Assembly: GCA_951406725.2 (NCBI GenBank)
Contig: OX597830.1
Location: forward strand, 28,954,001-29,018,000
Source of the DNA: Octopus vulgaris
Taxonomy: Eukaryota
Direction: 5' to 3'
Length of the DNA: 64,000 nt
This document shows positions 42,883 through 56,929 of the stretch, in pieces. The first letter of the stretch is position 1. Every line of letters starts with the position of its first letter. The notes beneath the pieces were generated by a model, which saw only the letters and a list, made by a program, of their open reading frames with translations, made no database searches and was not told the DNA's origin. The position numbers were made by a program, and so were the translations under genes.

Positions 42883-43292
42883 GGCGCAGGAGTAGCTGTG
42901 TGGTAAGTAGCTTGCTAACCAACCACATGGTTCCGGGTTCAGTCCCACTGCGTAGCATCTAGGACAAGTGTCTTCTGCTATAGCCCCGGGCCGACCAATG
43001 CCTTGTGAGCGGATTTGGTAGACGGAAACTGAAAGAAGCCTGTCGTATATATGTATATATATGTATATGTATATGTGTGTGTGGTTGTGTGTCTGTGTTT
43101 GTCCCCCTAGCATTGCTTGACAACCGATGCTGGTATGTTTACGTCCCCGTCGCTTAGCAGTTCGGCAAAAGAGACCGATAGAATAAGTACTAGGCTTACA
43201 AAGAATAAGTCCGGGGGTTGATTTGCTCCACTAAAGACGGTGCTCCAGTATGGCTGCAGTCAAATGACTGAAACAAGTAAAAGAGTAAAAGA

Positions 43293-43294
<2 letters not shown>
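42883..43294 (+). mobile_element. SINE family A, full length
   Basis: tRNA-like head, internal (TA)/(TG) tract, and tail ggtgctccagtatggctgcagtcaaatgactgaaacaagtaaaagagtaaaagag. Confidence 0.92.
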
Positions 43295-43330
<36 letters not shown>

Positions 43331-43352
43331 GTTGACCAACACTGGTCTCTAG

Positions 43353-43560
43353 TACAGTAATCCCTCGACTATCGCGGGTGTTACGTTCCAAAACCCCGCT
43401 GCGATAGGCGAATATCCGCAAAGTAGAAACAGTACACTGTACTGTATATTTTTTCGTATTATTTTTATAATTTGTACATATATATTTTATTATAAATGCA
43501 AAACAACCCCACGGAGGAATCGACGTAAGCCTAAATAATAACCCGCGATATGGCGAGTGT
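43353..43560 (+). mobile_element. pogo/Tigger-like DNA transposon left end
   Basis: TA-cagtaatccctcgactatcgcgggtgttacgttcc resembles Tigger-type TIR and subterminal sequence; no right TIR found. Confidence 0.55.
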
Positions 43561-43812
43561 TTTCTGTATTAAAAATTATTTGGTCAGTCTGTAGTCAAGG
43601 TTGAGTTCAAAGCTGGTACTAAAATCAACTGAAATTAGTTAATTACATACAGATAAAAACACCAGCACACACACTCACACACACGCACACATATATGTAC
43701 ATATACACATGCATACACAAATAACTATACAAATCATTTGTAGAGGAAGGTATCAATTAGTAAATATGAAGACCGGTACTCTAGATCATAACATTTTCAC
43801 TCATATATTTGT

Positions 43813-44000
43813 AGGCGCAGGCGTGGTTGTGTGCCTAGGCACAGGCGTAGCTGCGCGGTAAGCTGCTTGCTTCCAAACCACATGGCCCCGGGTTCAGTCC
43901 TATTGCATGGCATCTTGGACAAGTGTCTTCTACTATAGCCTCAGGCCGACCAAAACGTTGTGAATTAATTTGGCAAGTGGAAACTGAAAGAAGCCCGTCG
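43813..44000 (+). mobile_element. SINE family A 5' half with duplicated head
   Basis: aggcgcaggcgtggttgtgtg followed immediately by aggcacaggcgtagctgcgcggtaag; ends gaagcccgtcg, then microsatellite. Confidence 0.85.
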
Positions 44001-44027
44001 AGACTATATATATATACATACACACAT

Positions 44028-44081
<54 letters not shown>

Positions 44082-44086
<5 letters not shown>

Positions 44087-44520
44087 ATAATGTACATCTG
44101 GAAGATCCTAGAAGGACTTGTCCCAAATTTTGGCATCGAGAGTTACAAAAATGACAGAACTGGGCGCCACTGCATAGTGCCAAGGACTCCAAATTTGCCA
44201 TCAAGATGTAGGACGAGATACTGTGATTGCCTGGGCTTCCGAGGCCCACAGCTCTTCAATATCCTCCCGAAGAACCTAAGAGACCTGCATGGGGTGGATG
44301 CAGATGTCTTTAAAATAAAACTGGATCTCTTCTTGTCAGGTGTTCCAGATGAACCAACTTCACGGCAGGAGGTGCAGATGAGAGCAGCTGCATCGAACTC
44401 TCTCATGCACCAAATGACAGTTGCTAAAAAGCATTCGTGAAGTTAAATCATGTAGCAACATCAAATGGCGGTGCCCCAGCATGGCCACAGCTTGTGAGCT
44501 GAAACTAGATAAAAATAAAA
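44082..44520 (+). mobile_element. CR1/L2-like LINE 3' end, young (open ORF to stop, plus 3' UTR)
   Basis: ORF 44090-44440 YIWKILEGLVPNFGI...GFRGPQLFNILPKNLRDL...FKIKLDLFLSGVPDEP; UTR ggcggtgccccagcatggccacagcttgtgagctgaaactagataaaa. Confidence 0.88.
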
Positions 44521-45006
44521 AAATTAAAAAAATAATATACATAGATATATGCAAATGAGCTGCTACTAACTATATTTGATATTCGCACTTAACTATCAGT
44601 TTTATTGACAAATTTGCGTTATTCTAAAATGTTCTATGTGTTGGATGTTACGAGCCGAAAGTTTTGGATACTTAAATGATCCTTAAATGGAAACCATAAA
44701 TGTTGGCTATAACAAGAAAATACTGAGAAGAGATCAGATTTCTTCAGCTTAATACTATTGAAATTTTACTGTTGACACTTAACTGAAAACAAAATATCCA
44801 CTTTATTTTAAATACTGCACTTATCTCAATCGCACTTATACATACATACATACATACATAAATACATATATACATACATACATACATACACACACACATA
44901 CACACATACACACATACACACATATATATGCATACATATATGCAGACATGCATACATATATACATTCATAAATGCATAGACTGATAGACAGATACATATA
45001 AATATA

Positions 45007-45078
<72 letters not shown>

Positions 45079-45291
45079 CATACATATATACCTACATATA
45101 TACATATATATGATATATATACACATATGCATATCTATCTACCTATCGTACTTTCTCTGTATATGTGTGTATATATATATATATATGTGTGTATTTGTGT
45201 TTGTGTCTTTGTGTTTGTCCATCGCTTGGCACCCGATGTTGGTCTGTTTACGTACAAGTAGTAAGTAAAGGAAAAAGAATAAAAAAACGGA

Positions 45292-45347
<56 letters not shown>

Positions 45348-46857
45348 ATACGTATTCGACATTGCATTTCGTTGTGTGTTTCCGTTGTGAACATAAGCTG
45401 TAGAGGTAATTATTTGTGTGTCATATGATGTAAGCGCTCCTATCGTGACAGACACTTTTTGTTCGTAGATCCACGTTATATTATTTCATGTGCCCTTGCA
45501 TTTCAGTGAATAGGCACATGAATGAAAAGAACAAAATTATTATTATTATTGCTAGCAACCACGTATATGGTACTTAATACAAATGTAAGTGATTTAGAAA
45601 ACCGGTTAAAACATCTGTATAAACCCAGTTAAAATATTTTAGGGTTAAGCTTACATGTTACTATAAAGTTGTTTTTTTTTATATTTTATATATCGTCTAT
45701 ATGTTTTGTGAGCCACGCATAAGATTTAAATATAATTCTGGAGACAAATACAAGAAGCCATATAATTGTAAATGACACATATATGACACCACACATATAT
45801 TCATACGCACATACACACATGCAGACACACACACATGCACACATACACATATGTATATGTGACTGCATAAATATATACATTTATATATATTAATGTGTAT
45901 ACTTATATATATATATCTACATACATGTATTTATGTACATGTGTGTATGTGCGTCTGTATGTATTTTTTTTGTGAGGTTTGTGTGTGTGCGTGCATGTTT
46001 ACGTATATAATTTGCTGAGTGTTTCAAGATGCCTGTTTGGTGTCGCTTTTAATGTATAAAACAGTTGGATTCTAATGTTCAAAATCACCAGACAGTCTCG
46101 TGTCTCATTCGAAGAAAAGAAATGCCAAAGAAGAGAGAGAGAGAGAGAGTTAGAGAAGGGGTGGGTACAGCAAGAAATTGAGAGCTGGAATTGGAAGAAA
46201 AATGAAAAACAATGAGGTGAGAGAGAGAGAGAGAGAGAGAGAACGAAAGAGAGAGAGAGAGATTGATAGATGGAGAGATAGATGAATAGATATTTAGAGA
46301 TAGATAAGATATATATATAGAGAGAATGAGAGATAGAGAAAGATTGGTAGATAGGTAGAGAGTAAGACTAACGTACAGTGAGAAGGAGGGAGTGCAAGAC
46401 AGAGAAACAAAAATTTTAAAGAGAAAAAGGTTTAATAATACGAATAGGAAAATGGGTGTGAAAAAATTGGAATGCATGCTTAGGTGAGTGCCAGATAAAA
46501 TATACATACATGCAAACAAACAAACATACACACATAATAGATACATAGCCACGCATTGTAAGTATGTGTATATATGTGTGTAAGTATATAAACACACACA
46601 TACGTTTATATATATATAGATATACACATTTATATACATGAATATACTTACATGTACACATATATGTTTATATATTCGTATATACGTATGTATAAATATA
46701 TACACAGACACACATGCACACACATATATATACATATATGCAGATATGCACTCGTACATATATTTTTATCCGTATGTTTGCTTCTGTGTCGTCGTGTACG
46801 TTTGGGTCTATATATGTACACATACATACACACACACATACACACATACACACACAC

Positions 46858-46889
<32 letters not shown>

Positions 46890-48042
46890 ATATACATATA
46901 TATATCCATATATATATACTTATATACATACATATATATTTATATGCATATATACATATATATGTATATATGTATATATACATATACATACATAAACATA
47001 TACATAAACATATACATATACATGTATACATACATATATATGAGTATGTATGTATGTTTATGTATGTAAATCTTGCACATACATACACACAGATACATAT
47101 AAGAGGGCAGCGTTTCGTCCTAAGGAAGAAAAGAAAAAAAAGGAAACAAAATTATTCCGTTATATTAGTTTTTTTTGTTTTCTTTCTCATACTCGATCAT
47201 GTCTTAGAAATCTTTATGGTTTTATAGCTCTCTTGAGATATGTATCTCAGCAAAATTAACTTTGCTTCGTACAAATCTATTGACAAAAACCCCACTCGTT
47301 CATCATCTAATACCTACTTCAATCTAAAAACCAAACACCCAAAAACTTAAAGAATCAAAATCCAGATTCCACCATTGTAAGGTTACAAGTGGGGAACGTG
47401 ATCGCTAATGCCTTGGAAATTCCGTTAAGTATTACACGTTGTTGTAGCTGTTTTTTTTTTTGTTTTGTTATTATCCTTATAACCATTATTAGTATTATCA
47501 ATTATATTATTTTCATTATTGTCATTCTGTGCTTTTAGTATCTGAATTATTTATAATTTTTCTATGCTCTTATTATTATTTTTTCTTTTTGATGCCACTG
47601 ATCAGATATGGAAGACGGACATGTGAAGAGAAATAAAATGAACTGTTAGACGAAATAAAATAAAATTACCTTCTATTCACTGTCCCTGTGTCTGCCGTTT
47701 ATCAGTCTTTGTCTGTCTGTTCGTATGTCTGCATCACTGTGTCCTACATATATATGCATACATATATACACAGACACACACGCATATATCTTTGTATGTA
47801 CGTATTTATATGAATGTATATATATATATAAGTGTATGTGTATACACAGACACTACACACACATACACAAACAAACACACAGAGCACGAACACACGCACA
47901 CACGTGCACATACACACACGCATACACGTGCACACACACACACATATATATATATATCACTGACGAACATGCGCACAAGCACATAGCGCATATAAATAGA
48001 GTCGTCGTAACTATATAAATTCACATAAGATGACATCTATCA

Positions 48043-48101
<59 letters not shown>

Positions 48102-48294
48102 CATATATGTATATATATATATATTCATAAATACTTATATATACCTCTGTACACACATATATGTGCATGTCTATGTATATAGATATGTACATGTATGTGT
48201 GTATATATGTATATATGTATATAAGTATACATGAGTATATATGATATATATATATATATATATATGATATATATATATATATATATATATATAA

Positions 48295-48500
48295 TGTGAC
48301 CGCGTGTGTACCGTTGGCGATTTTTTTCCTATCTTCCCTTCTCTGGATCTTTCCTTCTCCTATGTTTCCGACGAAGAGTTCCGCTCGAAACGTTAAACCC
48401 TCCTTCTTTCCTTCTTTCCTGAGCGTCCAATAAAGCTATATCTGTTCCACGTCTTCGCGTTGTTGTGTTCTTTTTTGTGCTTTGATGTTTGGATTAACTT
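48295..48500 (+). mobile_element. (TA)n-flanked short element with variant hammerhead motif (second family)
   Basis: 48364-48398: gttt-CCGACGA-a-gagt.tcc.gctc-GAAA-cg-TT-aaac. Confidence 0.65.
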
Positions 48501-49394
48501 TATATATATATATATATATATATAACATTGCTTGCACAATTCCGTACACCATTATGAACACTCTGTAATCTTATAAAAGTCATTATACAAATACTGTTCC
48601 GTTATCATTGCTGTCTATACCGACCTGTTTCTTCATATAAATGTTAGAAGTGCTGAATGCCAAATAAATCCCATCTTCTTGCTGTTCCTTACTAATACAG
48701 TGAAACATAATTATACTGAGATTGGTACAATCTTGGCTAAGTGGAAACATAAAACACCAAAACACAATGTAGGATAAGTTCCAAAAACAGACATTCGTAC
48801 GACATTAGAGTAAGAACCAAGAACTTACCACAGGAATACACCGATACCAGAAATGCAGGCATACCTGGAAATGTTGCATCAACGGACTAATGAATTTGAA
48901 CTAAGAATGTGATGACGTACCTATCAGGTTCATAAAATGCTGCCAACAAATTAGAGATAAACTTGAAGATGATTTCTATAGATTTATGCACTACACAAGG
49001 CGTTACATTTTTAGGGCTACTCCGCATAGTTCGAAGCATGCATTCTCCCATATATACGCTGTAAAGAATATATATATGTAGTCGAAACTTTCTTTTGTTT
49101 TTTTGTATTCGTAATTGTGTACCATGCGTACCATATTCTCCGTTTTTCGTCTTTGTTGTCGTATACAGTCGCTCGCTTTCTTACAAACTGGTATAATGCT
49201 CTTAGCTTAGGCGTTTTGCGGGGGGGGGGGCAACCAGATCGAAGCATCTCAAGTGTAACTTCTGGTACTTGGCTGAGGAAAGAAGGCCATGAATGACCCG
49301 TCATTTTTTGCATGTCCTAATTGTTGTTTCTCTTGTCTGCCTGTTGTATCGTCTACCTGTCCGAATGTTTTATCATGCTGTATTACATTTATTT

Positions 49395-49429
<35 letters not shown>

Positions 49430-50546
49430 TGTAGGTATATAAATATGTGTTTTCTGTTAAGGTCCTCTCTACAGATTTTGTATAGGTTAACTATAGCGAA
49501 AATATTAGCGAGTGAAGTAATAGCACTGCTAACACAGTAGAACATACTACTGCTTTATAAAACCGTTTCATATACTTTTTATAGTATATCATGTTTGCAT
49601 GACAAAATACAAGGCCCTTACAGGTCATATAAATATCTGTGTGAGCTTTCTTTGCACTAAAACTGCTATCTATCCGTCTAAATATCTATCTATCTATCTA
49701 TCTATCTACGTTCCTACTTACCTACCTCCATTCCTCCCTCCTTACCAACCAACCAACCAACCTGCCTGCCTACCTACATACCTACCTACATAAAACATAT
49801 CTACCTACATAAAACCTACCTACCTACCTACCTACCTACCTACCAATCTACTGATATCTCTCTCTCTATCTATCTATCTATGTCTCTAATTGTCTCTCCT
49901 ACTTCTTTTTCTAGGTATCAACATGTTTGCGGCATTATCTAACAACATCACACCTTCACTTTACTCTGAGCAGCAGTTCTGGCCCATTCTGTAGCGCTTA
50001 TCTCGACTTGTTTGTGCATACATTTGCCAGAACCAACTGGGTTTATCATTCAGTAACTATTTCCGTAACTAAGCCTATCGCCCAACAACTGCTATCATAT
50101 TTTATTTTATGATTTATGCTTTGTGAATTCATGTGGCATATCCAGATATGAAAAAGAGAAAGAGGATAATTACTCTAGCTGACGAAAAAACTATATAGCA
50201 AAAATAAGTTAAAATTAAAATTACATCGTATGCCCTTGGAGACTAGGAATGTCGCTGATATTTAAATCAAGAAAAAATAATGGTAACAATTATGTTGGAT
50301 TAAATTTCTGGAGAAACGAATAATCACGAAATTGTTGAGATTCCCCTTTCATGCGTTTGTTTCCTCTCATTTAATGTGTCTATGACTTATACTTTCCACA
50401 AGAACTCACTCTGCGGTCACTCGATGTGCTAGAAATAGGAGTCTAAACTTCGTGAAATAACATCGTACCATTATATGGAAGTCAAATCAAGCTCTGTGTA
50501 TGCGGAATATTTATATACATACATACATATATATATATGGAGAGAG

Positions 50547-50596
<50 letters not shown>

Positions 50597-50707
50597 GAAA
50601 AGTGTGAAAAAACTACAGAAGGCTTGTTTTATAATGTTAAAGAATATATTTGAGTCGTTATGTTAGAAAAATGTTATAAAATTTTGCATATCGTAACATA
50701 GATTTTG

Positions 50708-50746
50708 GAGAAATTACCGGTTTCGTGTTAACTTTTCAAATTTCTC
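50708..50746 (-). ncRNA. Decayed minimal type I hammerhead motif downstream of a Penelope-like ORF
   Basis: gagaaat-TTGAAAA-gt.taac.ac-GAAA-ccgg-TA-atttctc: 7-bp helix I, palindromic helix III, and two core substitutions versus CUGAAGA. Confidence 0.6.
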
Positions 50747-50904
50747 TAATGTCTTTACCTACATCGTGTCATGTCTTCGTTACGTAGTGCAAAGAAGACT
50801 TCCAGGCAGGGGGAGGTAATAAACGATTTCTTCCGGTATAAGGGAAATAATCGCTTTATATTTCTTTTCCCCTTTTTTAATGAGATGAGTTTCTCTGTAT
50901 AAGA

Positions 50905-51200
50905 ATGTTAGGGTGGTTAAGTTCAGGCTTATATTTTTCAATGAAGAATGTTTCCTTGTTTAATCTAATTTGTGTTGGTGTTCCAATAGCACATTGATAG
51001 AATGGAAAGATTAAAATTGTGGTAGTAGTTGCTTTGCGCATTTCTCAATATGCTCACTAAAGGGTATTATTCTGTATTCTGGGAATGCAATCTGTTGTCG
51101 ACGCAGAGTGCATCTACATCTGAGTGATAATCCCGTGGACCTACGTAGTTTTAGTGGCAGCCCGAGCACCTTATGACATAAATTATGTTTTCAGATCTGA
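50905..51200 (-). mobile_element. Penelope-like element, GIY-YIG endonuclease remnant (not in the ORF track)
   Basis: Manual translation across frameshifts: SENIIYVIRCSGCH*NYVG / TGLSLRCRCTLRRQQIAFPEYRIIPFSEHIEKCA / IFPFYQCAIGTPTQIRLNKETFFIEKYKPELN. Confidence 0.8.
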
Positions 51201-51639
51201 TCAGATCTAATTTTACTTGTGCTTCTTAGAGGAAACACAAAATACCTGAAAACACGAAAATTTAATCTTAATACACATTTAGTCCTCTGTTTTTCTGGGG
51301 AAGAAAATTCAAATGTTGTTTTCAATCTTACCCCTTTCTAGCAACAAATTTTCCCTAAACAATAATGGTTAGGTAACGAGGACAGATGCTTATACAGATC
51401 CCAGTAATTTAATAGAATTTTCCTCCGGTTTCCAAAATCAAGAACTAACTGGGCGCGAGTTGAAGTCAGATAGGTAGCTAAATAACCCAAGATAATTTGA
51501 CCGATGCCCTGCATATTTAGATACTTAATCTTAATATAAATACGATATTTAGGTCGTAGGAATAGTAGGTTAAGATGATAATATTCTAGTGGTTCTTAGT
51601 CTATCGACGCTTGGTAGGTGAAAAGCAAAAGGGTGTTAC

Positions 51640-52192
51640 TTTTGGGTTGTCCGCATCTTTACAGGAAAGAAAAAGGTCAATAAATACTTGCCATTACATT
51701 TTTAATCAACCAAATATGAACCATTTTGTTGCACCATGCGTCTCCATTTTTCCTTTAACTTGAAAATACCCTCTTCCCAGAATTGAGTTTCGTGGCAAAG
51801 AATTCATCAAGGTATCTTTTTACGTCATCCAAGGAATTGAAATTTTTACCATTTAGACTATTCTGCAGAGACCCAAATAAATGGAAATCCGAAGGAGCAA
51901 TATCTAGTGAATATGGAGTGTTGGGTAACACATCCCAGTCGTGGTGCAGCAATATTTGTCTGGTTCCGAAACTATCAACTGTCGAAAATGATCTTTCTCA
52001 TCTTCCAATTTAAAGGGTTTCAAAATTAACACAGTTTATAGGAACATAAATCTTCTTCCACGAAGAGATAGCTAAAACTGTGCTCTAAATGGAGGAGCGG
52101 TGAAATCCTTTTTTATGGACTCAATCATATTCTAAAATAAGTCGAAATGTAAGCTACTATAAATCGGCACGAACTTACCGACACAACGCAAT
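51640..52192 (-). mobile_element. Internally deleted mariner
   Basis: DWDVLPNTPYSLDIAPSDFHLFGSLQNSLNGKNFNSLDDVKRYLDEFFA (YSPDLAP.D motif); TIR-like ends ttgggttgtccg and cgacacaacgcaata. Confidence 0.85.
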
Positions 52193-52836
52193 AAATGAAG
52201 AAAAAGATTTTTCCCCGCGCGCTATGCAACCTGGCATTCACGTACATCATTAACTCTAGACAATAATAATGAAACTTAATTAATTTATTGAATTGATTTT
52301 GTATCTGTATTTTGACTGGGTGTAATTTTAACGGGGAACTGTATCCTGTATCACGCTAAGAAATACCTTGCTGCTTTATTCACTAGATATATATACATGC
52401 TCCGCCCTTTTCTACTTAAGAAGTTATCTATCCATATTGGTGGTAAGCTTGATAGAATGACGAATAGATAATTAGATAAACATAAACACAAACACACAAA
52501 CACATACACAGGCACACATACACACCCACACACGCTCGCACTCGCGAAGTTGGTATATTCAGTTATCTAAACAACTTATAACACAATTCTATCTATTAGA
52601 ACAAATTTCAATATTACAGAGAGGCCTACAAGATAGTGAGGTGGCACACCGGGTAAAAAGCTCAGTGGCACTTCGTCCGTCTTCCCGTCCTGAGTTGAAA
52701 CTACGCCGGGGTCACCTTAGTCTTTTATCATTTCGCCGTCGATGAAATAAGTACGAATTAAGTAAGAAGATTGAGCCCTCCATGTAAACGTTTGTCTTGT
52801 GCCAAAATTTGTAACAAATATTAAAGACAGGTAAAA

Positions 52837-53037
52837 ATGTATTTGTTTGTTCCTTCTCGAGCTACGCCTGACTCATTAGGGCCGGTTTCCTGGTTTCCTT
52901 GGCGTATAGGTTCCCCACCTGGACGTAGAGCTTAGGTGATTCGCTCATAAACACACACATAGCCTAGTCTGAGATTCGAACCTGTAATCCCTCGATCGCG
53001 AGTCCGCTGCACTAACTACTAGGCCATGTGCCCCCAC
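52837..53037 (-). mobile_element. tRNA-derived SINE with family C-like head and a different tail
   Basis: Minus strand ggcacatggcctagtagttagtgcagcggactcgcgatcg...ggttcgaatctc. Confidence 0.75.
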
Positions 53038-53263
53038 AAAAGTTTATTTTGTTACGGATCAATATAAATGTGAAGGTTTCATTCCACGTGTGCGTGCAGG
53101 TCACGCATCACCGATTATTGACTATTTATGTTGAATGAATTTTCGGAAACATGTCTTTTTCTATATTGGTTTGAAAAGGAAAACGTCGCTGGAGTACGTA
53201 AGAAACTTTCTCGATAATATATATAAATATATATATATATATATGTATGTATGTATGTGTATA

Positions 53264-53364
<101 letters not shown>

Positions 53365-53567
53365 ATGTGTGTGTGTTTGTGCATTCTATATTTAAATTCT
53401 CTGCTCAAATACAGTATCTCACAATAGCATTAGTTATAGAGCCAGTAATTGACGAATTAGATGTAGATTGCGCGTATGTTAAAAAAACTCCACGTCTAGT
53501 TGATTTAAAATGTGTATTGCACGGATTGTATTTGTCTAATCACCATCCGTCTCTCTCTCCCCCTTTC

Positions 53568-53617
<50 letters not shown>

Positions 53618-53664
53618 TATATCTTATCTCTGAATCTCTCCTTTCATCAGTATACATGTGTGTT

Positions 53665-53716
<52 letters not shown>

Positions 53717-53721
53717 GGTTC

Positions 53722-53771
<50 letters not shown>

Positions 53772-55454
53772 GATCTATCTATCTATCTATCTATCCACCA
53801 ATTTATTTCTCTATCTTTCAACCTCTGTACGCGTCTGCGATCTCACGCGTTCGTGTGTATGCACAAGTGTATAAATTCGGAACGAGGCAGTTTAAGAAAT
53901 ATCTAAAATTAATTCTTAGAATATATCTATGTTGACTGTGTTCTAAGTACTGTCTAGGAGGCCACACACATAATGAAATGTAATTTGGAAGGAGAAGTCT
54001 TTTCTCCCGCAGCTTACTGATTTGGTTTTTGAAGATTTCATTTCTTGCCTGCACTCAATGACTTGGTTCAAACACAGATGAAGATATTAAGTAACCTAAC
54101 AAATACAAACAAACAATACCCTGTAAACTTGTACACATACACACAAACATTGAATAATTACATATACGCACTTACAGTTGTGTACATACGTACGGGCACA
54201 CACACATATATACGTATACATACATACAAACATACACATACACACACACACGTATATAATTTGTGTGTGTGTGTGTGTGTCCGTGCGTATGCGTGTGTAG
54301 TGTGTGAGTACGATTGTATTGGCACATTCTTATCATCGCATTCATTACTTATGTTTCTGAACGTAATTTTTCATACAGATTTATATAAACAAACACCGAT
54401 AAACATACATACATACACACATACATACATACATGCATACATACATATATACATACATGCATGCATGCATACATACATACATACATACATACATACATAC
54501 ATACATACATACATACATACATGCATACATACATATATACATTCATACATACGTACATACAAACATGCATATATAATACATACATATATATGCATGCACA
54601 CACATATATAAATATATACTTATAAATACATATATATATATATGTGTGTGTTTGTGTGTGTGTATGTGTGTGTGTGTACATACATTCAGACAAACACTCA
54701 CACCCTCAGTTGCACACGCGCGCACACACACACAAATATAATTACATATATACATGTGTATGTGTGTGTTTGTGTATGTGTACATATATAAACATAATGT
54801 GTATTCTCGTAGTTTATTGATTAATGTTTTCATGTATAAAATAAGAAATTAGTTTAGCAGTAAAATAAAAACCGGAATACGAATAAATATATGGAACAGC
54901 TGCATCAGAAGCAGCAGTTGTGATAGCAGCAGCAGCACCAGTAGCAGCAGCAACGGCAGCAGCAGCAGCAGCAGCAGCAAACGAAGCAGTATAATTAATA
55001 ACGACTTTAAGAATAGCCAAAAACCACCAAAGCAAATGAAACTAACTGAGAAGAAATAATACGAGTAGAAATAATTTACATATGTAAACATATATGTTAG
55101 GACTGGAAAAAAAGAAAAGTAATTTGGTCAACAGCGAGTATAGATAGCATATACAAAAAGTGAAGCTAATAATATGTTAAGAAAAACAAAGGGGAATTAT
55201 CCGATCAGACAGAATAACAACTGCATCTAAAGTAACAATGACAATAGTAGAAATAAGAAACTGGTAAAAGAAAAGCGACTTTGAATATCAATAATCCACT
55301 CAAATACTCTGCTAATTCTAGAAGCTAAAAAGAAACGAAATATTTCATTCCAAACACTCTGTCTTTTATTGCTTCTCCTCTCTCGCATTCGCTCTCGATT
55401 TCGACGAGAATGTTTGTCTCTTTTATATATATATATATATATGTATATATGTAG

Positions 55455-55624
55455 GTCCCGGGTCGAGTCGGGGTTAACCACAGTAAATAAGGTACTCAAT
55501 ACATAGCAGATTAAATTAATTTATTTATTTTATAGAAGGAGCTTCTACAGGACTAGAAATCCTGATGATTTCTTTTGAATGAAACACTTCTAGTCCTGTA
55601 GAAGCTCCTTCTATAAAATAAATA
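55455..55624. mobile_element. (TA)n-flanked fold-back element; 37-bp perfect inverted repeat enclosing a hammerhead core
   Basis: Arms 55522-55558 and 55588-55624; plus strand CTGATGA-tttc.tttt.gaat-GAAA-ca...tg-TA-gaagct at 55562-55606. Confidence 0.75.
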
Positions 55625-56451
<827 letters not shown>

Positions 56452-56929
56452 CAGATGTTAGGCTATTTGCTTTACAGCTAAGGTTTATCTCTTTCAGTGC
56501 TCAAGGTTTTCCGATGGATGCTAATCATGTAACTTATGAAGTTACATTCTCAACTATGACGTAATAGCACCGGGCTATTTTTGCAGTTCACTATTTAATT
56601 ACTCACTAGATTTTTATTGAATACTTCTTGCTTTAGATTATAGCATTCAATTAAACATAGCCTTTCTTTTTTGCTACTATTCTATAATGGAAATAGTTTT
56701 CGAGACACTCTATAATTGTATATTGTTGAATTTAATATTGTCAGATATTTGTTTAGTGATTGCTCAGATGATAGACGCGAAGTGGCGTTGACGTCATTGA
56801 ACAAAATATTATATAACATTAATCGACTATAAATCACAATGACTGTACTCATTTATGCCTAACATTAATAACATAAGCAGCAGCAACATAATACTTGTGT
56901 GAAGAGGCTGGATAAGAAGTGGATAAAGC

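Noticed and set aside
42039-43294. Oppositely oriented SINE A pair 430 bp apart
   Set aside because: The copies differ at many positions, so they are independent insertions rather than a fold-back, although they could still pair in a transcript.
50759-50894. Apparent minus-strand exon (ETHLIKKGEKKYKAIISLIPEEIVYYLPLPGSLLCT), phase-compatible with the 49272 segment
   Set aside because: It lies between the Penelope GIY-YIG end and its hammerhead, so it is better explained as the element's 3' terminal repeat.
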